Origin: Candidatus Omnitrophota bacterium
GTDB taxonomy: Bacteria; Omnitrophota; Gorgyraeia; Gorgyraeales; Gorgyraeaceae
Assembly (NCBI GenBank): GCA_018901615.1
Contig: JAHIEN010000108.1
Coordinates: forward strand, 1 to 62,915
DNA: 62,915 bases
Reading direction: 5' to 3'
Under the pieces are notes generated by a model. The model was not told where the DNA came from. It did not search any database and saw only the letters and a list, made by a program, of their open reading frames with translations. How positions within the stretch are numbered: the first letter of the stretch is position 1; the number at the start of each line of letters is the position of its first letter. Positions 47,122 through 56,586 of this stretch are shown piece by piece. A program made the translations under genes and the position numbers.

Positions 47122-47237
47122 ATGAAGATTTTTTTACTTTAATGTTAATTAGATATAATCATAATATATAAGATTGAACAAGTCAAGGCTTGCCTTTCAA
47201 AGGATTGCCTGGCGAGGGCACAGGGGACATATTTTTC

Positions 47238-47266
47238 TTGACGAGATAGCCTGGACATAGTATAAT
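47238..47266 (+). promoter_or_regulatory. Near-consensus sigma70-type promoter of rpsO
   Basis: TTGACG (47238-47243), a 17-nt spacer, then TATAAT (47261-47266). GGAGG at 47276-47280 precedes the GTG start at 47288. Confidence 0.55.
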
Positions 47267-47287
47267 TTCACCCTGGAGGTAAGAAAA

Positions 47288-47557
47288 GTGACATTGGTAA
47301 AAGATAGAAAACAAGAACTCGTAAAGACTTTTGCGGAGCACGAAGGGGATACAGGATCGTGCAGTGTGCAGATAGCTCTGCTTACCGAGCGGATTAATAA
47401 TCTTACAGGACATTTTAAGAGCCACAAAAAAGATTTTAATTCCAGGGTGGGGCTTCTGCGGTTGGTAAGCCAGAGAAAGAGACTCCTGGACTATTCAAAA
47501 AGAGAAAATCCGGAAAAATATCGCGAGCTCATAGAGAAACTGAAGCTAAAGAAGTAA
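47288..47557 (+). CDS. rpsO: 30S ribosomal protein S15
   Basis: 89 aa. [50 protein letters not shown] is the S15 signature region. Confidence 0.95.
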   Translation: MTLVKDRKQELVKTFAEHEGDTGSCSVQIALLTERINNLTGHFKSHKKDFNSRVGLLRLVSQRKRLLDYSKRENPEKYRELIEKLKLKK

Positions 47558-47564
47558 GCTGAAG

Positions 47565-47630
47565 ACGGGGTTAATGTCCTGGCCTGCAGGGAACAAACTG
47601 GATGATCGCCAGGGCCGTAATCCCGTTTTT
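47565..47630 (+). terminator. Intrinsic terminator/attenuator hairpin after rpsO
   Basis: ACGGGGTTA (47565-47573) pairs with TAATCCCGT (47618-47626, one G-U). The inner stem is CCTGGC (47578-47583) with GCCAGG (47608-47613). The T5 run at 47626-47630 begins with the last stem nucleotide. Confidence 0.55.
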
Positions 47631-47740
47631 GATTAAACAGTGCTTTCAGCCATCAACCATCCCGAACAGCTATGTATTGATGATTCGGCTGTTCGAGATT
47701 ATTGACAGCTGAAGGCTCAAAGCGAAAGGAAGCGTTAGAG

Positions 47741-49810
47741 ATGAAAGTTGAAACTAAGTTTGGAAATGAAAATCTGGTGATAGAGACAGGTAAGGTAGCG
47801 AGACAGGCAAATGGCTCTGTATACGTGCAGTATGGCGGCACAGTGGTCCTGGCCACAGCTGTTTCATCAAAGAAACTGAGAGAAGGCATTGATTTTTTTC
47901 CTCTGTCAGTCGAATACCAGGAAAAGACATATGCGGCAGGCAGGATACCAGGCGGTTATTTTAAGCGCGAAGGCAGGCCTACTGAAAAAGAGATCCTTAC
48001 AGCCAGGTTGGTGGATAGGCCCATAAGGCCGCTATTCCCAAAAGGTTTTAAGAATGAGGTCCAGATATTTGCCATAGTGCTTTCAAGCGATGGCGCGAAT
48101 GACTCTGACATACCAGCTATAATAGGGGCATCAGCGGCCCTGACTATATCTGATATACCTTTTCTGGGTCCTATAGGAGCTGTAAGAGTGGGACTTATAG
48201 GCGAAGAGTTTTCTGTCAATCCCACGTTTGAGGAACTTGAAAAGAGCAGCCTGAACCTTGTGGCAGTGGGCATGAAGGACAGGATTATAATGCTTGAGGC
48301 CGGGGCGAGCGAGATCTCAGAGGAAAAGATGCTCGAGGCAATAAAATTTGCCCAGGTGCATATCAGGCGTTCTATTGAGATTCAGGAAGAGCTTCAGAAA
48401 AAGTGCGGCAAAGAAAAAATTACCCCTGATTTGAAAGGCCCTTCCGAAGAATTGTATAAAACAGTAAAGGACCTGACATCCGAGGGGTTAAGGAAGGCAT
48501 ATTCTCTTCCATCAAAAGAGCAGAGAGAAGAGGCGCTTGATATATTAAGCAGGGATGTAATTGAGAAATTAAAAAAAGAGGATGATACTCTCGGGGACGC
48601 GGATGTAAAGAAGGCCCTTGAAAAAGTAGAAAAAGAACAGGTAAGGAATCTTATCCTTGAGAAAAACACAAGGGTAGACGGCAGAAAGCATGAGGATATA
48701 AGAGAGATAACCTGCGAGGTCGGGATATTACCCAGGACGCACGGCTCGGGCCTGTTCACAAGGGGCCAGACCCAGAGCCTATCTACTACAACGCTTGGGA
48801 CAAGCAGGGATGAGCAGCGTCTGGATACGCTCGAGGGGGAGAAATTCAAGAGTTTTATGCTGCATTATAATTTTCCGCCTTTTAGCGTAGGAGAGGTCAG
48901 GCCCGCGAGAGGTCCGGGAAGGCGCGAGATAGGCCATGGCGCCCTGGCGGAACGCGCCCTTAAAGCAGTCATGCCTTCGGAAGAAAAATTTCCTTACACA
49001 GTGAGGGTTGTTTCTGATATCCTTGAGTCCAATGGCTCAAGCAGCATGGCTACTGTTTGCGCGAGCACGCTGTCTCTGATGGACGCGGGAGTACCGATTA
49101 AAAAACCTGTGTCAGGCATAGCAATGGGCCTTGTAAAAGAGGGCGACAGGGCGGTTATCCTGACTGATATAGCAGGCGTTGAAGATCATTTCGGCGATAT
49201 GGATTTTAAGGTTACTGGCACTGATTCAGGTATTACCGCTCTTCAGATGGACCTTAAGATAGACGGCATAGACCTGGATCTGATAAAAAAGATAACCGCC
49301 CAGGCAAAACCCGCGCGGCTTTTTATATTAAAGAAGATCATGGATGTGATGAGCGCGCCCAGGGAATCGCTTTCCGAATACGCGCCAAGGATCGTGGCTA
49401 TCAACATTGATACTGGCAAGATAAGGGACTTAATAGGCCCTGGCGGGAAGATAATAAAGAAGATCATACTGGATACAGGAGCCAACATAGAGGTAGAAGA
49501 CGACGGCAAGGTCTCTGTGTCTTCGGATAGCAGCCAGGCAATAGAAAAGGCCCTTGAGATAATAAAAGGCATAACAGGCCAGCTCGAGGTCGGCACTTTA
49601 TTTGACGGCACTATTACGAGGCTCATGAATTTTGGAGCGTTCTGCGAGATCCTTCCTGGTAAAGAAGGCCTGATACACGTCTCAGAGCTGTCAGGTAAAT
49701 TCGTGAAGAATGTTGAAGATGCTGTAAAGGTAGGCGACAAGGTAAAAGTCAAACTCATAAAGATAGATGAAATGGGCAGGCTGAATCTAAGCGTCAAGCA
49801 GGCAAACTAG
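47741..49810 (+). CDS. pnp: Polyribonucleotide nucleotidyltransferase (PNPase)
   Basis: MKVETKFGNENLVIETGKVARQANGSV start. Two RNase PH domains (GHGALAERAL), plus KH and S1 domains at the C-terminus. The ATG at 47741 is preferred over the upstream in-frame start at 47702. Confidence 0.95.
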   Translation: MKVETKFGNENLVIETGKVARQANGSVYVQYGGTVVLATAVSSKKLREGIDFFPLSVEYQEKTYAAGRIPGGYFKREGRPTEKEILTARLVDRPIRPLFPKGFKNEVQIFAIVLSSDGANDSDIPAIIGASAALTISDIPFLGPIGAVRVGLIGEEFSVNPTFEELEKSSLNLVAVGMKDRIIMLEAGASEISEEKMLEAIKFAQVHIRRSIEIQEELQKKCGKEKITPDLKGPSEELYKTVKDLTSEGLRKAYSLPSKEQREEALDILSRDVIEKLKKEDDTLGDADVKKALEKVEKEQVRNLILEKNTRVDGRKHEDIREITCEVGILPRTHGSGLFTRGQTQSLSTTTLGTSRDEQRLDTLEGEKFKSFMLHYNFPPFSVGEVRPARGPGRREIGHGALAERALKAVMPSEEKFPYTVRVVSDILESNGSSSMATVCASTLSLMDAGVPIKKPVSGIAMGLVKEGDRAVILTDIAGVEDHFGDMDFKVTGTDSGITALQMDLKIDGIDLDLIKKITAQAKPARLFILKKIMDVMSAPRESLSEYAPRIVAINIDTGKIRDLIGPGGKIIKKIILDTGANIEVEDDGKVSVSSDSSQAIEKALEIIKGITGQLEVGTLFDGTITRLMNFGAFCEILPGKEGLIHVSELSGKFVKNVEDAVKVGDKVKVKLIKIDEMGRLNLSVKQAN

Positions 49811-49940
49811 AAGTTATCTGAGGTTGTCAGAAGTTATCTGAGGTTGTCTGAGGTTGCTTTCTAGCAAACCGCAACTTAATGTAACTTAATGCAACCTCAT
49901 ATAACCTTATATAACCTCAGATAACCTCAGATAACCTCAT
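49811..49940. repeat. Composite inverted repeat built from tandem short repeats in the pnp-uppP spacer
   Basis: The left arm has aagttatctgaggttgtc twice (49811-49828, 49831-49848), then tgaggttgc. The right arm has gcaacctca (49891-49899), then ataacctcag twice and ataacctcat (49911-49940). The core CTGAGGTT occurs 3 times on the left, and its complement AACCTCA occurs 4 times on the right. Confidence 0.8.
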
Positions 49941-49948
49941 AGAACAGT

Positions 49949-50689
49949 ATGAGTTTTTTAGAAGTCATAATTAGTGGCATAGTCCAGGGCATAACAGAAT
50001 TTTTACCTGTGTCCAGTTCGGGTCATCTGGTGATCCTGCATAAACTTTTCGGGTTTAAAGAACCGCAGATCGATTTTGATATATTTCTTCATCTAGGCAC
50101 GCTCAGCGCCGTATTTATAGTATTCCGAAGGGATATCATAAATATCTTTACCACTAAGAAAAAAATAGGCCTTTTTATTATTATAGCTACTATAGCCACC
50201 GCGATCTTTGTGCTTGTGTTCGGTAAAGGCGTTGAGGCGTCATTTGGAAACAGTAAGCTCGTAGGGGCGATGCTCATCTTGACAGGCGTATGGCTTATCA
50301 TAGGCAGTTTTGTCAGGTTCGGCTCAAGCGGCCTGACAGGCGTTAAATCCTTTTTAATCGGCATCGCCCAGGGCGTGGCCAGCATCCCGGGTATTTCCAG
50401 AAGCGGCGCTACTATCTCAACAGCACTTTTTCTGGGCGTAGAGCCGCGGAGCGCGGCCAGGTTTTCTTTTTTGTTGTCCATACCAGCCATAATAGGGGCA
50501 TTTTTATTCAAGATAAAACAAGGCGGTTTTTCAGGCTTCAACGCAAATTATATTTTTGGTTTTTTTACTTCTTGCGCAATAGGCATTTTAGCATTAAAAT
50601 TATTACTAAAGACCATTGAGAACGACAGGCTCCACTTTTTTGGTTTTTATTGCATAGCCGCGGGCGTAGCAGCGCTGGTATTATTATGA
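49949..50689 (+). CDS. uppP: Undecaprenyl-diphosphate phosphatase
   Basis: GITEFLPVSSSGHL and PGISRSGATI motifs. 246 aa polytopic protein. Confidence 0.9.
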   Translation: MSFLEVIISGIVQGITEFLPVSSSGHLVILHKLFGFKEPQIDFDIFLHLGTLSAVFIVFRRDIINIFTTKKKIGLFIIIATIATAIFVLVFGKGVEASFGNSKLVGAMLILTGVWLIIGSFVRFGSSGLTGVKSFLIGIAQGVASIPGISRSGATISTALFLGVEPRSAARFSFLLSIPAIIGAFLFKIKQGGFSGFNANYIFGFFTSCAIGILALKLLLKTIENDRLHFFGFYCIAAGVAALVLL

Positions 50690-52875
50690 AAAGAGAAAAA
50701 AAAGACCTTATCTTTTCACTTGGCTTGCTTGGATTGGCTGTGCTTTTCATGGCAGCCATGATCTCCTATTCTCCGTATGACATCAGATTCGAGACATCCT
50801 CTCCAAATCTTCACATAAGGAACTACGTTGGCGTAGCAGGGGCCTACAGCGCGTGGTTTGTCTTTAAGCTTGTAGGTCATGCCGGATTTTTAATGCCGAT
50901 TCTTTTCCTGGTATGGGGGATCGGCTTGCTGGCGGAGAGGCTTGAACAAAGACCTTTTTTTAGGTTCCTGGGAATATTGCTTTTGTTCTGTTCAGGCTCT
51001 GCGCTCTTTAGTCTTACAGGTTCAAGTGATCCTGTCCTGGTAGTGGATAGAGGCGGGATTCTGGGTCTTTTTCTTTCGCGTATACTTTTCGGGTATTTCG
51101 GCTCTTTGGGCGGCTATACAATAACCATAACACTTGGTATCCTTGCGCTCTTGGTAGCTACAGACTTTCTTATTGTTCCGCTTGTCTCGTTTTTATTAGT
51201 GCGCACCTGGAACATTCTCGGAAGCCTAAGAAAGGCCAGGCTGCGGAAGACAGCGGATGTAAAAAAAGAGAGACCGAATATAAGGCCAAGGCTCAGGCCC
51301 GCGATCAAGATGGAAAAGAAGGAAGGTATAGAAGAAAAGGCAAAAGAGCCAGTCTTTCCCAGCATAATCTTATCCAAGCCAAAACCAGCGCCTAAAAAAC
51401 CCATTAAGATCGAACCGAGGATAGTCGGTGATTACAAGTTGCCCACCCTGGAACAACTTGACGCGCCTCCGCCTGAGTCAGAGAGGATGCTTGGCGAAGA
51501 CCTGGAAACCAGCGCGGGTGTTCTTGAGGACACCTTGCGAGACTTTGGGATAGAAACCAAGGTAGTTAATATAAGCAAAGGGCCTGTTATTACAAGGTAT
51601 GAACTTCAGCCAGCCCCTGGAGTTAAGGTCAACAGGATCACCGCGTTAAGCGATGACATAGCGCTTGTTATGAAGGCTACTACGGTCAGGATCGTAGCAC
51701 CTATACCAGGGAAGTCAGCTGTCGGCGTTGAGGTGCCGAACCAGAGTTCGTCTTTGGTTTTTCTCAGGGAAGTGCTAGAGTCCGGCGAGTTCCAGAAAAA
51801 GGCGGCAAAGTCAAAGCTCGCCATGGCGTTGGGAAAAGATATATCCGGAAAAAGCGTAGTTGCTGACCTCGGGGATATGCCGCATCTTTTAATAGCAGGC
51901 ACTACTGGTTCAGGAAAGACCGTATGCGTGAATTCATTGATAATGAGCATGATCTTTAACGCCACTCCTGACGAACTCAAGTTTATCATGGTCGATCCAA
52001 AGATGGTGGAACTGGCCATATATAACGGCTTGCCGCATCTTTTATGCCCTGTGGTGACTGATTCAAAGAAAGCGTCAGGCGCGCTTGACTGGGTGGTCAA
52101 TGAGATGGAAGAGCGATATAAGCTGCTCGCAAAGGCCTCTGTCAGGAATATAGACGCGTTCAACCTGAAATCAGAGGAAAGGCTGCCCTATATAGTGGTC
52201 ATCATAGATGAACTCGCTGATCTTATGGTCGTGGCGCAGCAGGAAGTGGAAAATGCTATTACGCGGTTGGCCCAGCTTTCCAGGGCAGTAGGCATACACA
52301 TAATACTTGCCACTCAGAGGCCGTCAGTGGATGTAGTGACAGGAGTAATAAAGGCAAACTTTCCCGCGAGGATTTCTTTTAAGGTGGCGTCCAAAGTAGA
52401 TTCAAGGACTGTACTTGATATGAACGGCGCGGATAAATTGTTAGGGAAAGGCGATATGCTGTTCCTGGAGCCTGGAAACGCGAAACCGATCAGGGCGCAA
52501 GGTACGCTTCTCACAGACGCTGAGATAGAACGGGTTGTCAATGTGATAAAAGAACAGAGAGAGCCTATCTATGATGACGAGATACTTGAAAAACAGAAAA
52601 AGAGCGCGTCTGGCAGGGGCGGGTTTGACAAAGATGAGTTTTTTGACGAAGCCGTAAAGATGGTCCTTGAAACAGGCCAGGCGTCTGTATCCATGCTGCA
52701 GCGCAGGCTCAGATTAGGTTATACCAGGGCCGCCCGTATGATAGACGCCATGGAAGAAGAAGGCATAGTAGGCCCTTTCAGGGGCAGTAAGACCAGAGAG
52801 ATACTCGTAAGCGAATATACAAGCAAGGAAGAGCCTGCTGAAACCGGGCAGGGTCCGCAAGAGGAAAATGCCTGA
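50686..52875 (+). CDS. ftsK: DNA translocase FtsK/SpoIIIE
   Basis: ATGA overlap with the uppP stop. N-terminal TM domain, Walker A GTTGSGKTV, IIDELADLM, and the gamma winged-helix SVSMLQRRLRLGYTRAARMIDAMEEEGIVGP. Confidence 0.9.
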   Translation: MKREKKDLIFSLGLLGLAVLFMAAMISYSPYDIRFETSSPNLHIRNYVGVAGAYSAWFVFKLVGHAGFLMPILFLVWGIGLLAERLEQRPFFRFLGILLLFCSGSALFSLTGSSDPVLVVDRGGILGLFLSRILFGYFGSLGGYTITITLGILALLVATDFLIVPLVSFLLVRTWNILGSLRKARLRKTADVKKERPNIRPRLRPAIKMEKKEGIEEKAKEPVFPSIILSKPKPAPKKPIKIEPRIVGDYKLPTLEQLDAPPPESERMLGEDLETSAGVLEDTLRDFGIETKVVNISKGPVITRYELQPAPGVKVNRITALSDDIALVMKATTVRIVAPIPGKSAVGVEVPNQSSSLVFLREVLESGEFQKKAAKSKLAMALGKDISGKSVVADLGDMPHLLIAGTTGSGKTVCVNSLIMSMIFNATPDELKFIMVDPKMVELAIYNGLPHLLCPVVTDSKKASGALDWVVNEMEERYKLLAKASVRNIDAFNLKSEERLPYIVVIIDELADLMVVAQQEVENAITRLAQLSRAVGIHIILATQRPSVDVVTGVIKANFPARISFKVASKVDSRTVLDMNGADKLLGKGDMLFLEPGNAKPIRAQGTLLTDAEIERVVNVIKEQREPIYDDEILEKQKKSASGRGGFDKDEFFDEAVKMVLETGQASVSMLQRRLRLGYTRAARMIDAMEEEGIVGPFRGSKTREILVSEYTSKEEPAETGQGPQEENA

Positions 52876-53659
52876 GATCCTAGGAAAAACTTTCAAAAAG
52901 GCGCGAGAGGCAAAGCAGCTTTCCATAGAAGAGACCTCAGAAAAAACACGCATACCTAAAAAAATCATCAAGGCCATAGAAGAAGACAGGCTCTGCGAGA
53001 TCCCCTCGGTGTTCTACGCCAGGGGGTTTGTCAGGACGTATTCTAAGTTTCTCGGGTGCGAAGGCGAAAAGGCTGTAAAAGAATACCTGGCAGGTTCAGA
53101 AAAAAAGAAAGAGGAGCCCCGCCTGCTTCTGGATAATGAACAGGTGCCAGGAGACAAGGTCCTTAAATACCAAAGAAAGGCAGCCATTGCCCTCTTGGCT
53201 ATTTTCGGCATATGGATGCTGGGCCTCGGCATTCTGCAGGTAAAAAAGTTTGTCAGTAATAGCGCGTCGAAATACAAGGCCCATGTCGCGGATAAAAAAG
53301 AGCAGGCTGTAAAAGAACAGGCGGTAAAGATAGTCCCTCCGCGGGAAGCGGCAAAAGAAAAGGTTCAGGATGCAGCTAAGGCCGTGCCTGAAAAAACAGA
53401 GGGTATTGAGCTTGAGATATCAGCCCGCGCCAGCACGTTGATAGAGGTTGTGAGCGATGATGACCTCTTGTTCAAAGGGATATTAAAGAAAGGGTCCAGC
53501 GATACCTGGCGCGCGAAAAAAGAGATAAATCTGGAGATCGGCAATGCCGGCGGGGTGACCCTGAAACTTAATGGCAAAGACTTAGGTTATGCGGGGAAAA
53601 GAGGAAAGAAGAAGACGATAGAAATAACCAAAGACGGCATAATAGATAAAACCAAATGA
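52868..53659 (+). CDS. rodZ: Cytoskeleton protein RodZ-like (HTH, TM and DUF4115-type C-terminal domain)
   Basis: N-terminal XRE-like HTH (GKTFKKAREAKQLSIEETSEKTRIPKKIIKAIEED), a central TM, and C-terminal ..LEIGNAGGVTLKLNGKDLG. Confidence 0.75.
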   Translation: MPEILGKTFKKAREAKQLSIEETSEKTRIPKKIIKAIEEDRLCEIPSVFYARGFVRTYSKFLGCEGEKAVKEYLAGSEKKKEEPRLLLDNEQVPGDKVLKYQRKAAIALLAIFGIWMLGLGILQVKKFVSNSASKYKAHVADKKEQAVKEQAVKIVPPREAAKEKVQDAAKAVPEKTEGIELEISARASTLIEVVSDDDLLFKGILKKGSSDTWRAKKEINLEIGNAGGVTLKLNGKDLGYAGKRGKKKTIEITKDGIIDKTK

Positions 53660-53719
53660 CAAGACCCAAGGCGCAAAATAAATTCGATCTTTTAGCTGCG
53701 TTCAAGATTGCCCTCCTCT

Positions 53720-54967
53720 ATGTCTAAGACTTTTTCAATAATAAGCCTTGGTTGTCCGCGTAATCTGGTGGATTCAGAATATATAGCGTCTGAGTTAAAG
53801 GCCAGTGGATATGCGTTCATGGAGCAGGTAAAGGATATAGATACCCTTGTGGTCAATACATGCGCATTTATTGAAGACGCTAAAAAAGAGTCTATAGACG
53901 TTATTTTAAAGGCGATAGACGCGAAAAAATCAGGCGATGTAAAGAAAATTATAGTAGCTGGGTGCTTGCCTGAGAGATACGCCATGGAATTAAAGAAAGA
54001 ATTTAAAGACATTGATGAGTTCAGGGGTGTGTTGGCGTTTAAATCCAGAGGTGTTCAGCAGGAGTTTAAGCTAACCTCGGGCCATTACGCGTATGTAAAG
54101 ATTTCAGAAGGATGCGGGAACAGATGCAGCTATTGCATAATACCATATCTAAAAGGCCCTTATAAGAGCAAGGAAATGGCTTCAATAATAGAGGAGGTCA
54201 GGGCCCTTGTAAAAAATGGAGTAAAAGAGATCGTACTTGTAGGCCAGGACACCTCTTTGTATGGTATTGACCTATATGGCAAAAAAAAGCTGGCCGAATT
54301 ATTAAAAAAGATCTGTAGTGTTGCCGGGGAAAGCTGGATAAGGCTTTTATATTGTCATCCCGCGAATCTGGATAGAGACGTTATCAGGCTTATCCGGGAT
54401 AGCAGTAATATATGCAAGTACATTGATCTGCCTGTCGAGCATATAAGCGACAGGATATTAAAGAAGATGGGGAGAAGGTCGGGCAAAAAAGATATTCTCT
54501 CTCTTATAGATCATATCAGGGCTGAAATCCCGGGTATCGCGTTAAGGAGTTCGCTTATAGTCGGGTTCCCTGATGAGACAGAAAAAGACTTTCAGGAGCT
54601 ATTGTCTTTTATCCGGGATGTCAAGTTTGAAAGATTGGGGATTTTCAGATATTCCAGAGAGGAAGGCACTCCCGCGTACAGATATAAAGGCCATATCCCT
54701 GAAAAAGAAAAAGAGAGGCGTTTCGATATGGCCATGTCGCTGCAGCAGGAGGTCTCTCTAGAGGTGAATGAAAGATTTAAGGGCCAGATATTGAAGGTAT
54801 TAATAGAAGACAGCGAAAAAGATTATTATATAGGCAGGACCGAATATGACGCCCCGGAGGTAGACGGTCTGATATATATAAAGGGCAAAGAACTGCAAAG
54901 AGGCAATTTTTACAACGTCCGCGTGACCAGCACATACGAATACGATTTAGTAAGCGAGGTATTATGA
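53720..54967 (+). CDS. rimO: Ribosomal protein S12 methylthiotransferase RimO
   Basis: MSKTFSIISLGCPRNLVDSE (UPF0004 domain), EGCGNRCSYCIIP radical-SAM motif and a C-terminal TRAM domain. The ATG at 53720 is preferred. Confidence 0.85.
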   Translation: MSKTFSIISLGCPRNLVDSEYIASELKASGYAFMEQVKDIDTLVVNTCAFIEDAKKESIDVILKAIDAKKSGDVKKIIVAGCLPERYAMELKKEFKDIDEFRGVLAFKSRGVQQEFKLTSGHYAYVKISEGCGNRCSYCIIPYLKGPYKSKEMASIIEEVRALVKNGVKEIVLVGQDTSLYGIDLYGKKKLAELLKKICSVAGESWIRLLYCHPANLDRDVIRLIRDSSNICKYIDLPVEHISDRILKKMGRRSGKKDILSLIDHIRAEIPGIALRSSLIVGFPDETEKDFQELLSFIRDVKFERLGIFRYSREEGTPAYRYKGHIPEKEKERRFDMAMSLQQEVSLEVNERFKGQILKVLIEDSEKDYYIGRTEYDAPEVDGLIYIKGKELQRGNFYNVRVTSTYEYDLVSEVL

Positions 54968-55530
54968 ATCTTCCAAATAAATTAACAATATCAAGGATAA
55001 TACTGGCTGGTATTTTTATACTTTTTTTGTTTATTAAAGGGCCTGGCGCTAAGTTTATAGCGCTGGCTTTATTTTTAACAGCGTGTGTCACTGATTATTA
55101 TGACGGTTATCTTGCCAGGAAAAACAGCATGATCACGGATTTCGGGAGGTTTATGGATCCGATCGCTGACAAGGTCCTTATTTTAAGCGCCTTTCTCGCG
55201 TTTGTTGAGTTGAGGATCGTGCCTGCCTGGATGGTGATGGTGATCATAACCAGAGAGTTTATTATAACAGGAATAAGGTTCCTTGCCCTGTCCAAGAAAA
55301 AGGTCCTGGCGGCGGAAATCGCGGGTAAGCACAAGACTATTTCCCAGATAGTGTCAGTGTTATTCATCCTTATATTCCTTATTATCAAGGAGTCGGGTTT
55401 TACATTCCGTTATGTGCATCATTACAGGTCATTTATATATGTCCTCATGTCCATTACAGTGCTGATGACTCTTGTGTCAGGTGTTTCTTATATGATTAAG
55501 AATAGAGATGTTTTTACAAGGGAGAGATGA
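54964..55530 (+). CDS. pgsA: CDP-diacylglycerol--glycerol-3-phosphate 3-phosphatidyltransferase
   Basis: CDP-alcohol phosphatidyltransferase motif DYYDGYLARK...G.FMDPIADK. 188 aa membrane protein. Confidence 0.85.
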   Translation: MNLPNKLTISRIILAGIFILFLFIKGPGAKFIALALFLTACVTDYYDGYLARKNSMITDFGRFMDPIADKVLILSAFLAFVELRIVPAWMVMVIITREFIITGIRFLALSKKKVLAAEIAGKHKTISQIVSVLFILIFLIIKESGFTFRYVHHYRSFIYVLMSITVLMTLVSGVSYMIKNRDVFTRER

Positions 55531-55976
55531 GTTTTTTATATAGATTGATCGCAACAGTTTTTTTTGTGGGGTATATACCGTTTGCGCCAGGGACGTTCGG
55601 CAGTCTCGCGGCGCTTTTTTTATATTATTTCATCAAGGATTCTCCGTATGCAATGGGCGCGGCTGTTGCCTTAAGCCTTTTGTCGGGTTTTTTAAGCGCA
55701 GGCAGGGCGGAAAAGTTTTTTAAAAAAAAGGACCCTCGCAGTATAGTAATCGACGAATTTTCAGGCATGCTGATCGCGGTCTTATTTTTACCGCCGCGCC
55801 CGGCCTATATTTTAACCGCGTTTTTTCTTTTTAGATTCTTCGATGTGGTTAAGACTTGGCCGATCGCGGGGCTTGAGAGATTAAAGGGAGGCAAGGGGAT
55901 AATGCTTGACGATATAATGGCAGGCATATACGCCAACCTGATACTACAAGCCATAAATAACTTCACACTTTGGTGA
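55527..55976 (+). CDS. pgpA: Phosphatidylglycerophosphatase A
   Basis: 149 aa. GYIPFAPGTFGS and IVIDEFSGM, typical of PgpA. Adjacent to pgsA. Confidence 0.8.
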   Translation: MSFLYRLIATVFFVGYIPFAPGTFGSLAALFLYYFIKDSPYAMGAAVALSLLSGFLSAGRAEKFFKKKDPRSIVIDEFSGMLIAVLFLPPRPAYILTAFFLFRFFDVVKTWPIAGLERLKGGKGIMLDDIMAGIYANLILQAINNFTLW

Positions 55977-55997
55977 CACACAGAAAAGTGTGAAGTT
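55959..55997. terminator. Bidirectional hairpin between convergent pgpA and thpR
   Basis: Perfect 13-bp stem: aacttcacacttt (55959-55971) pairs with aaagtgtgaagtt (55985-55997). The 13-nt loop overlaps both stop codons. Confidence 0.55.
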
Positions 55998-56568
55998 ATT
56001 TCTTTGAGAGAGGGAATTCTTGCAATAATGTGTATATAGCGCCTTTTGGAGTTAGGGTGCTCTGAAAGAGAATAAGCCTATTTATTTTCATGGTGGATTC
56101 AGTTTTAGCATAGGTTTCATTTATATTTTTTGCCAGTTCTTGAATGTTTTTTTGAGAGCGGACCCTTCCTAATGTAAGATGCGCTTTGTAGCAACGCCCT
56201 TCTTTTGTAAATCCTAGGTTTTTCATTTTATCTTCTATGTGGCCCGCCAATTTTTTTAAATTATCAGCGCCTTTTTCAATGCCGAGCCATATCACGCGCG
56301 GCCGGTTTATGTCAGGGAAGGCCCCAATACCTGAAAAAATTATTTGAAATACAACGGCCTTTGACGCTATGTCTTTAAGCGCGCCTGATATTTCAGGGAT
56401 TTTATCTTGTTCGATATTGCCGAGGAATTTCAGGGTCAGGTGCATCTGCGTATCATTTACCCATTTGACGTCAGATCCAGATCTTTTGAGTTGATCTATA
56501 AGCTCTGAGATTTTTAGCTTACTGGCAGGGCTGATTTCTATAGCTATGAACGCCCGGATTGTTTTCAC
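55996..56568 (-). CDS. thpR: RNA 2',3'-cyclic phosphodiesterase (2H phosphoesterase, LigT/ThpR)
   Basis: Two HxTx motifs (HLTLKF and HLTLGR) at the spacing typical of 2H phosphoesterases. 190 aa. Confidence 0.8.
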   Translation of the reverse strand: MKTIRAFIAIEISPASKLKISELIDQLKRSGSDVKWVNDTQMHLTLKFLGNIEQDKIPEISGALKDIASKAVVFQIIFSGIGAFPDINRPRVIWLGIEKGADNLKKLAGHIEDKMKNLGFTKEGRCYKAHLTLGRVRSQKNIQELAKNINETYAKTESTMKINRLILFQSTLTPKGAIYTLLQEFPLSKK

Positions 56569-56586
56569 GGTAGTTTGTCTATTTGT

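Noticed and set aside
49243-49797. Long antisense ORFs inside recognisable genes, e.g. 184 aa antisense to pnp. Others include 59630-60268 (htrA), 51606-52163 (ftsK), 48394-48849 (pnp), 16945-17433 (rSAM-A), 50089-50541 (uppP), and 60710-60961, 61058-61495 and 62246-62632 (alaS).
   Set aside because: Each lies fully within a CDS with strong family motifs on the other strand. The translations are Ser/Pro/Leu-rich and low in complexity, and none shows a recognisable motif or RBS.
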